DNA of 21,497 nucleotides from a bacterium. Its GTDB lineage: Bacteria > JAMCPX01. A program made the translations under genes and the position numbers. This document shows positions 15,991 through 21,497 of the stretch, piece by piece (position 1 is the stretch's first letter; every line of letters begins with the position of its first letter). Where the stretch lies: assembly GCA_037439545.1 (NCBI GenBank), contig JBBIVV010000039.1, forward strand, positions 1 to 21,497, written 5' to 3'. The notes below the pieces were generated by a model that saw nothing but the letters and a program-made list of their open reading frames with translations, was not told where the DNA came from and did no database searches.

Positions 15991-17507
15991 CAATCCACCC
16001 TGAGCAGTCCGCCGAAAAGACCTATATAGATGTGTTTTTTATTATCGAGTGAGAGCGGGGCATATATGCTGTTGTACCCGATCCCCTCGCCGATCGGTTT
16101 CCTCCACAAAATATCCCCGGTACTCAGATCGAGCGCAGTTACGAACCACTGCTGCGTCGTCGTGGTGAGTGGATAGAAACTCGGTCCCTGCATCTCATAG
16201 AGATAAACCGTATTCGAAATACCGGATATAAGGGGAACTGCATTGGGAGCAAACACATCATTATTGACCCAGAGCAGTTTCACGCTTTCGTGCCCTGTCT
16301 GCCCTGTTATCTCATACCCTGCAACCCCGCTGCTGTAGTTATTTTCAATGACGAATTTATTCCCGTAAGAAGTACATATATTTTCTGTCTGTGCAGTGGA
16401 TGCAGTGAACGGAACCGGGTTGTCTGCGGTGAGAGAGGTGCCGTCCGTCGTCCTGAGAGCGATTACGTGCACGGGCAGTTCACCGTCGGCGAATACCATA
16501 TAATCCTGTTCAGGTCCCATCAGTGTCGGAGTCGTCCCGGAACCGTCCGGACTGAGCCTTCCGCCGTTTAAAGTAACATTGATTCTGCACTCCCAATCCG
16601 GTGTTGAATTATCACATGGGATCTGCTGAATAGGCAAACCTGTGTCATAGGGCACTTCCCATAGTATATTCAATGCTTCGGCGCCGCATGAGCATATCTG
16701 CTGAAGCATGAGCTTCACGGCATGCTTATCCGTGACTACATATATGCCGCCATCAGGAGCAACGGCGAAGCTGTTCGTTATATCTTCGTCCGTAAAATTC
16801 TGTAAAAAAAGGCTCGTACTCCTGTCATTGTTTATGCGGAGCACCCCCACTTTTGCCCCTATGATCTGCTGGGTAAAATATCCTCCCTGATGCACGCCTT
16901 TAAGGCCTTCCGTAACAAATGCTATATCTATCATACCGGGGGAGGTATATAAAGGATTCATACTTACGATAGAGTCATCGGAAGTAATCTCCGTAGGATA
17001 CAAGGCAGAAAGATTCAAAGACATATCCTGCACTATAGTGTTTCCATGAAAACACAATCTTAAGAATGTTTGATTATAAGCATTCCACCAGCAGTCCTGA
17101 TAATCGACAAAGGAGTAGAGGCCATTCATCGGATCAGCGCCTGAAACACTTACGGTGTACGATGTTATGGTGTTCAGGGTAACAGGATCAAGTTTGCTGA
17201 AGATATGCGTTTGGTTCAATATAGCAACCTTCTCAAAAAGCACATTGCCTTTTGAATCGAAAACAACGGGACCGGTCCCCTGGATAGTGCTGGTAATGAA
17301 ATCAACCTGCAGAGGATTGCCGGCAGAACTGCCTGGTCCTGCAAAAGGAGAACTCGCATTTTGGGAACTCGATTGATGTATTATCGGCCACGCACTGTCA
17401 GAAAGATAAGGGTTGGCGTTCCTTGCCGATGATTTACTTGATGAACATCCGGAAATGAGGAATACCGTGAAAATAATGGATAGTGTAATACCAATAGATT
17501 TTGACAT
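15990..17507 (-). CDS. Uncharacterised lipoprotein, probable beta-propeller
   Basis: Start MSKSIG at 17507 with GGAGG SD; lipobox LISG-C then Ser-rich linker; repeated blade-like segments (VVFDSKGNV, FAVAPDGGIYVVT, ALDLSTGDILW, LDNKKHIYIG). Confidence 0.8.
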   Translation of the reverse strand: MSKSIGITLSIIFTVFLISGCSSSKSSARNANPYLSDSAWPIIHQSSSQNASSPFAGPGSSAGNPLQVDFITSTIQGTGPVVFDSKGNVLFEKVAILNQTHIFSKLDPVTLNTITSYTVSVSGADPMNGLYSFVDYQDCWWNAYNQTFLRLCFHGNTIVQDMSLNLSALYPTEITSDDSIVSMNPLYTSPGMIDIAFVTEGLKGVHQGGYFTQQIIGAKVGVLRINNDRSTSLFLQNFTDEDITNSFAVAPDGGIYVVTDKHAVKLMLQQICSCGAEALNILWEVPYDTGLPIQQIPCDNSTPDWECRINVTLNGGRLSPDGSGTTPTLMGPEQDYMVFADGELPVHVIALRTTDGTSLTADNPVPFTASTAQTENICTSYGNKFVIENNYSSGVAGYEITGQTGHESVKLLWVNNDVFAPNAVPLISGISNTVYLYEMQGPSFYPLTTTTQQWFVTALDLSTGDILWRKPIGEGIGYNSIYAPLSLDNKKHIYIGLFGGLLRVD

Positions 17508-17529
17508 AAACTTCCCTCCCTCCATCCTT

Positions 17530-17557
17530 ACATTACACGGGCATTCCTCGATGTCAA
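17530..17557 (-). promoter_or_regulatory. Putative sigma70 promoter of the lipid operon
   Basis: TTGACA (17557-17552), 16-nt spacer, TAATGT (17535-17530); the -10 ends 22 nt before the ATG at 17507, and a very AT-rich tract lies upstream (17562-17660). Confidence 0.6.
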
Positions 17558-17561
17558 GGAA
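17544..17561. promoter_or_regulatory. Candidate TetR operator overlapping the -35
   Basis: TTCCTCGATGTCAAGGAA is 14/18 self-complementary. Confidence 0.45.
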
Positions 17562-17623
17562 AACTTCATTCATTATTTATACATAGATAAAGTTATTATT
17601 ATACAATTAGTTATATTATATAG

Positions 17624-17639
17624 ATGAATTATATTTCAT
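17624..17639. promoter_or_regulatory. Second candidate operator palindrome
   Basis: ATGAATTATATTTCAT is 14/16 self-complementary, but lies in AT-rich context where chance palindromes are more likely. Confidence 0.3.
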
Positions 17640-17660
17640 ATTTTTGTTCGTTAAAGATCA

Positions 17661-17869
17661 TTACCACCGCCAATGGCCGGACACGGCCTCCCTACCCATG
17701 ACCTGTCGCTTCAGGTGCGCATCGGCATTTTCTTCTCCGGTATTGTGATGGTATTGCTTTACTGGTTCATGAGGTGCAAGATTTTCGAGCCATACATCAA
17801 AATCATGGTGGAGCCCGGATTCGTCATCGTTGATAAAACAGATGATGTTATATGCATGGCGTTTACCAG
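17661..17869 (-). pseudogene. yjbQ: Frameshifted internal fragment of a YjbQ/UPF0047 gene
   Basis: Reconstructed [11 protein letters not shown]/(F)/[49 protein letters not shown]; 1-nt deletion in the gtt-tt-atc run near 17835; N- and C-termini are missing. Confidence 0.88.
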
Positions 17870-17934
17870 TTAAAAACGGCATGACAGTCCACTTTCATTG
17901 ATTTTTTACCAAATTTGAACTACGGAACTGTTGT

Positions 17935-18288
17935 ATGAGAACAATGCTTCGCGTGATTGTTGAAGGTGTACCCTTGAACGCACCTAATTTATTTGTAAAA
18001 GTGAATGGCTCTGTAATATCGCCGGCCATTTACATAGGTCATAAGGTCCCTGTGACCAAGGAAACCACGTATGGAAAAATCTCTGGAGAGATTGTCATTC
18101 TGCCCGTCTCTCACGGTACGACAAAAACAAAGGGCATAGAGATGAAGAAAGGCGAGGCACATGTGTTGAACCTCACAAGGCTCATAACACAGGAGATTAC
18201 CATGATGAAGGATCCTCCGAGAGACCCGCGCAAGGCTTTTGAAAGACAGAGCAGGCTTTTGCGTGATGCTTTCAAGGATAAAGAATAA
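17935..18288 (+). CDS. Hypothetical protein (117 aa)
   Basis: Fills the gap and stops 13 nt before the next ATG; protein-like composition; no recognisable motif and no clear SD. Confidence 0.55.
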   Translation: MRTMLRVIVEGVPLNAPNLFVKVNGSVISPAIYIGHKVPVTKETTYGKISGEIVILPVSHGTTKTKGIEMKKGEAHVLNLTRLITQEITMMKDPPRDPRKAFERQSRLLRDAFKDKE

Positions 18289-18301
18289 TGAAGGAGGGCG
18301 T

Positions 18302-19408
18302 ATGAAATTTGTCGTACTCGGCGGCGCAGGAGATATGGGGAGCGAGGTTGTTGCTGATCTGGCACAGTTTTCACCTGAGAGTAAGGTTGCCATCGTTGAT
18401 CTGAGAAAGGACGTTGCAGAGAAAAAGGCAAAATCGATCGGCTTACCCAACATTGTGGTCGAACAGTGTGATGTCAATAAACGGGATGATGTTCTCAAAA
18501 TACTGAAAGGCGCACAGGTCGTTGTCAACTGTGTGGGCCCGTTCTATAAATACGAAAAAGTCATTTTACCGTTGGCAATAGAAGCAGGCACCGGTTATGT
18601 AGATATATGCGATGACCACGATGCAACAGAGCGCGCACTCTCCTATAGCGATATGGCACGTTCAAATAATGTTACGGCATTGATAGGCATGGGCTGGACA
18701 CCCGGCATAACCAACGTACTCGCACGGCTCGGTTCGGACAGACTCGATAAGGTCGAATCCATAAACATCTACTGGGTCGGCTCCATAGCGGATTCGGAAG
18801 GACTGGCGGTCACAAAGCACGTGTTCCACGTGATCCAGGGCACAGCACCGAGCTATGAGGATCATCAGTGGATCGATGTGAATGCACTGTCAGGCAATGA
18901 AGACGTAAAGTTTCCGGATCCCATTGGCGTGCAGAATGCATATTATGTAGGTCACCCGGAACCAGTTACCATCCCGCGGTATATCAAGGGGGTTAAGAAC
19001 GTGACCTTAAAAGGCACACTGCTTCCGAAGGATATAAACAAACTCGGAAAGTTCCTCGTCGATACGGATGCGGTCTCGACAGAGAAAAAGCTCAATGCAG
19101 TCAGCGAATTCTTGAGCGGAGACCTGGTCGTGCTTTCAAATTTATTCGGTTCAAAAGACAAACCTCTCCCGGTATCGGGACTGCGCGTCGATGTACACGG
19201 AACAAAATCAGGCAGGCAGAAAACATACTCATGGGGTGCTATAGACAGCATGAGCAGGCTTACCGGCATACCTGCTTCTATCGGCGCACAGATGATGGCA
19301 AAGGGTATGATTAAACAGATCGGCGTCATCCCTGCAGAGGCATGCATCCAGCCGGAACATTTCATAGAAGAACTGAAAAAAAGAGACATTGAAATCGAAG
19401 AGATGTGA
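18302..19408 (+). CDS. Saccharopine dehydrogenase-like NAD(P)-dependent oxidoreductase
   Basis: Start MKFVVLGGAGDMG at 18302 with AAGGAGG SD; VVNCVGPFY, YVDICDD, GMGWTPGITN, GHPEPVTIP, TGIPASIGA, GVIPAE. Confidence 0.88.
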   Translation: MKFVVLGGAGDMGSEVVADLAQFSPESKVAIVDLRKDVAEKKAKSIGLPNIVVEQCDVNKRDDVLKILKGAQVVVNCVGPFYKYEKVILPLAIEAGTGYVDICDDHDATERALSYSDMARSNNVTALIGMGWTPGITNVLARLGSDRLDKVESINIYWVGSIADSEGLAVTKHVFHVIQGTAPSYEDHQWIDVNALSGNEDVKFPDPIGVQNAYYVGHPEPVTIPRYIKGVKNVTLKGTLLPKDINKLGKFLVDTDAVSTEKKLNAVSEFLSGDLVVLSNLFGSKDKPLPVSGLRVDVHGTKSGRQKTYSWGAIDSMSRLTGIPASIGAQMMAKGMIKQIGVIPAEACIQPEHFIEELKKRDIEIEEM

Positions 19409-19417
19409 GGAGGTATC

Positions 19418-19771
19418 ATGGTTACATTGGAAACACTTATAAATACGCTCAATACGTTCGTAAAAAAGGTCAATGAAAACATGACCCTGAAGAAGATCCT
19501 GAAGGGATGGTCAAAGCTCATGGTCGTCAGGACGAAAGATCCGGAGACGGTTGCAACATTGAAAATAGAGAAGGGAACGGTCGTCGATGTAAAGCTGGAG
19601 GACACCCCGGGTGCGGACATCACGCTCTCGGCAAATGCCGATGTTATCAACGACATCTTTACCGGCAAGGCGAACCCTTCAAGACTCTACCTTGACGGCA
19701 CCTTAAAGGTGTTTGCTTCACAAAAGGATCAAATGGTCCTTGATTCCATAGTCGATATCGTCTGGAAGTAA
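19418..19771 (+). CDS. Stand-alone SCP2 (sterol carrier protein 2) lipid-binding domain protein
   Basis: ADITLSANADVINDIFTGKANPSRLYLDGTLKV fits the SCP2 C-terminal pattern; GGAGG SD upstream. Confidence 0.8.
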   Translation: MVTLETLINTLNTFVKKVNENMTLKKILKGWSKLMVVRTKDPETVATLKIEKGTVVDVKLEDTPGADITLSANADVINDIFTGKANPSRLYLDGTLKVFASQKDQMVLDSIVDIVWK

Positions 19772-19773
19772 TC

Positions 19774-21075
19774 ATGCCGCAGCTCAAAAAAGCACTCCAC
19801 ATGAGAACGCTTGTATCAGCAAGTGCGGGTATCGCCCTTGCATCGAGCGATTTTCCGGCACTCATAAAAGCAGCGTCGCAGACCGGAGGCTGGGCGATCG
19901 TCTTCGTGGTCATATGTGCCGGGCTTGTTACCGGTCTGGTAGCTCTTTCGTTTGCAGAGCTTGCAGGTATGTATCCGACTGCAGCAGGCGTAAGGGTATA
20001 CACGAAAAAGGCGTTCGGTGATACTCCATCGCTCACCATAACAATCTTCTATGTGTTCTTCTCCATCATCATCGCATCTGCCGAGACCTACATATTCTCT
20101 GCAGTGCTCCACGCACTGTCCCCTGCCCTGTCGGCACGACTCTGGGTGCTTATATTCCTGGTTGTCGCCATAGTGATGAACATACTCGGTATCGAGATCG
20201 CCGGCGCCCTGCAGGACATACTCACCTATGTGATGTTTGCAGGGATTATCGGATTGTCTCTTTATGCGATATTCTCACCGCATTTCAGTGTTGCCTCGGT
20301 GCCGTTTGCTCCTTCAGGCATTGGCGGGTTCGGTACTGCCATTGCAACGGCAATATTCGTCTATACGGGCTTTGAATGGACGACGCCGCTCGCAGAAGAG
20401 GTCGCATCGGGAAAATCCGTCCTGTCATACTCTCTGCCCGTATCCGTCGGACTGCTTACCGTTACCTTCGCATTATTTGCCTATGCAACCATGGGCATCG
20501 TTCCGCTCAGCCAGGTAGCTCATTCACCGATCCCGCATCTGATCTTCGGTCAATCACTCGCCGGAAAAATCGGGCTGTACAGTATGGCAGCTATAAGCTT
20601 CCTCGCTACTATGACGTCTTTCAATGCAGGGGTGATGGGCAATTCAAGGCTTATCTATGCACTCGCACGGGAAGGAAGCTTCCCGAAATTTATGAGCACG
20701 CTGCACCCGAAATATTTTACGCCGTGGATAGCACTGCTCATCATATTCTCCCTTATCGCCGTCTTCTCCGTCAGCATTGCGATGACAAAGGCATTCCTGG
20801 TGCCGATCCTTGTCGCAGCATCCATTGAAACGCTCATGTATGCCATCATCTCATTCTCGGTCATCTCGCTGAGGTACAGGGAAAAGGATACGGTACGGAT
20901 ATTCAGAATAAAGGGTGGCATTATTATACCATTGTTCTCGGGTGTCGTGTTCTTACTGCTTACCTTCGGCATTCTTGCATCGTCTTCAAAATACGTCGCG
21001 ATCCTGTTCATCACCGGCTTCGTACTCTCTTATCTCTATGCAAAGTACCTCGTCCCCCGGCTCGGACATAAATAA
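19774..21075 (+). CDS. APC-superfamily amino acid/amine permease
   Basis: About 12 hydrophobic segments; FAELAGMYPTAAG, YTGFE, SRLIYALAREGSFP, LHPKYFTPWIA. Confidence 0.92.
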   Translation: MPQLKKALHMRTLVSASAGIALASSDFPALIKAASQTGGWAIVFVVICAGLVTGLVALSFAELAGMYPTAAGVRVYTKKAFGDTPSLTITIFYVFFSIIIASAETYIFSAVLHALSPALSARLWVLIFLVVAIVMNILGIEIAGALQDILTYVMFAGIIGLSLYAIFSPHFSVASVPFAPSGIGGFGTAIATAIFVYTGFEWTTPLAEEVASGKSVLSYSLPVSVGLLTVTFALFAYATMGIVPLSQVAHSPIPHLIFGQSLAGKIGLYSMAAISFLATMTSFNAGVMGNSRLIYALAREGSFPKFMSTLHPKYFTPWIALLIIFSLIAVFSVSIAMTKAFLVPILVAASIETLMYAIISFSVISLRYREKDTVRIFRIKGGIIIPLFSGVVFLLLTFGILASSSKYVAILFITGFVLSYLYAKYLVPRLGHK

Positions 21076-21224
21076 TGAGAAGAACCTTGTTTGAGTCCTA
21101 TGAGAAACACCATCTTTACGGAGTGACTGTAGTCCCAGCTGTGGGATTTATGATCCTGCTTTTGCTCCTGTCCTCTGTACCCGGTAAAATAAGGGCCTTA
21201 AAAGCGTCGGGGAGACGTCTGTAG
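21075..21224 (+). CDS. Putative 49-aa single-pass membrane protein (absent from the ORF track)
   Basis: ATG overlaps the permease stop (TAATG); MRRTLFESYEKHHLYGVTVVPAVGFMILLLLLSSVPGKIRALKASGRRL, one hydrophobic stretch followed by a basic tail. Confidence 0.4.
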   Translation: MRRTLFESYEKHHLYGVTVVPAVGFMILLLLLSSVPGKIRALKASGRRL

Positions 21225-21328
21225 CCTGGATCAGCTCACGAAACGGGGAGAGAAAATTAGTACACTAAACTGCCTACGGTAGCACTTCCGGATTCTCAAT
21301 GCCTGGCGGCCAGCCATACAACCAAAAC

Positions 21329-21356
21329 ACATCCGATAAGAAAGATTATGTCAACT
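21329..21356 (+). other. dif-like XerC/XerD recombination site
   Basis: ACATCCGATAA-GAAAGA-TTATGTCAACT with 11-6-11 layout. Right arm matches B. subtilis TTATGTAAACT at 10/11 and E. coli TTATGTTAAAT at 9/11; left arm matches B. subtilis ACTTCCTAGAA at 8/11 (reference sequences recalled from memory); intergenic. Confidence 0.75.
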
Positions 21357-21378
21357 ATATTCTACTGTTTTGTTCGTC

Positions 21379-21497
21379 TCAGGGCATCAACTCTCTTACA
21401 ACTGGATTAGAAGTTATGACCATGGTGTTTTGATTTATACTGGATTCTATAAAGCTAAGGTAGAGCTTCCCGTTCCATTGAGCGAGATATGGATTAG
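21379..21497 (-). CDS. Possible 3' end of a gene entering from the right edge
   Basis: Only minus frame open from the edge for more than 20 codons: NPYLAQWNGKLYLSFIESSINQNTMVITSNPVVRELMP*. Confidence 0.4.
   Translation of the reverse strand, partial: NPYLAQWNGKLYLSFIESSINQNTMVITSNPVVRELMP

Noticed and set aside
17508..17573. Longer N-termini in the ORF track (also starts at 5049, 8118, 15993 and 18239)
   Set aside because: Downstream ATGs have SD sequences, coupling or signal peptides; the 17573 extension runs through the predicted promoter.
18302..19408. Fungal-type (alpha-aminoadipate) lysine biosynthesis role linked to the dap cluster
   Set aside because: DAP-pathway genes are present, the loci are 14 kb apart, and the neighbours (SCP2, permease) suggest another role.
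18952..19668. 238-aa minus-strand ORF (also 17989-18528)
   Set aside because: Ser/Thr/Phe-rich antisense shadow of the plus-strand operon.

Overview
Bacterial chromosomal window; the gene order resembles Deltaproteobacteria-like genomes, but that taxonomy is inference. It has three blocks. (1) 71-8097, minus strand: housekeeping run deaD-like helicase, argH, an LptM-like/FN3 lipoprotein, lysA, dapF, dapA, dapB. (2) 8190-17507, minus strand: an apparently accessory lipid-catabolic operon encoding a beta-propeller-like lipoprotein, TetR regulator, two acyl-CoA dehydrogenases, nitroreductase, 2x[4Fe-4S] ferredoxin, SCP2-type thiolase and acyl-CoA ligase. The two dehydrogenases show complementary motif loss and probably form an obligate heteromer. 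The block is bracketed by a near-identical 14/15-bp direct repeat and followed by a frameshifted yjbQ remnant. (3) 17935-21224, plus strand: hypothetical protein, saccharopine-dehydrogenase-like oxidoreductase, stand-alone SCP2 lipid carrier, APC permease and an unannotated coupled 49-aa membrane ORF. A 28-bp XerC/XerD dif-like site lies at 21329-21356 between convergent genes. Several intergenic palindromic elements (REP/MITE-like) are present. No rRNA, tRNA, CRISPR array or transposase was seen. All calls come from reading motifs by eye, without database searches.
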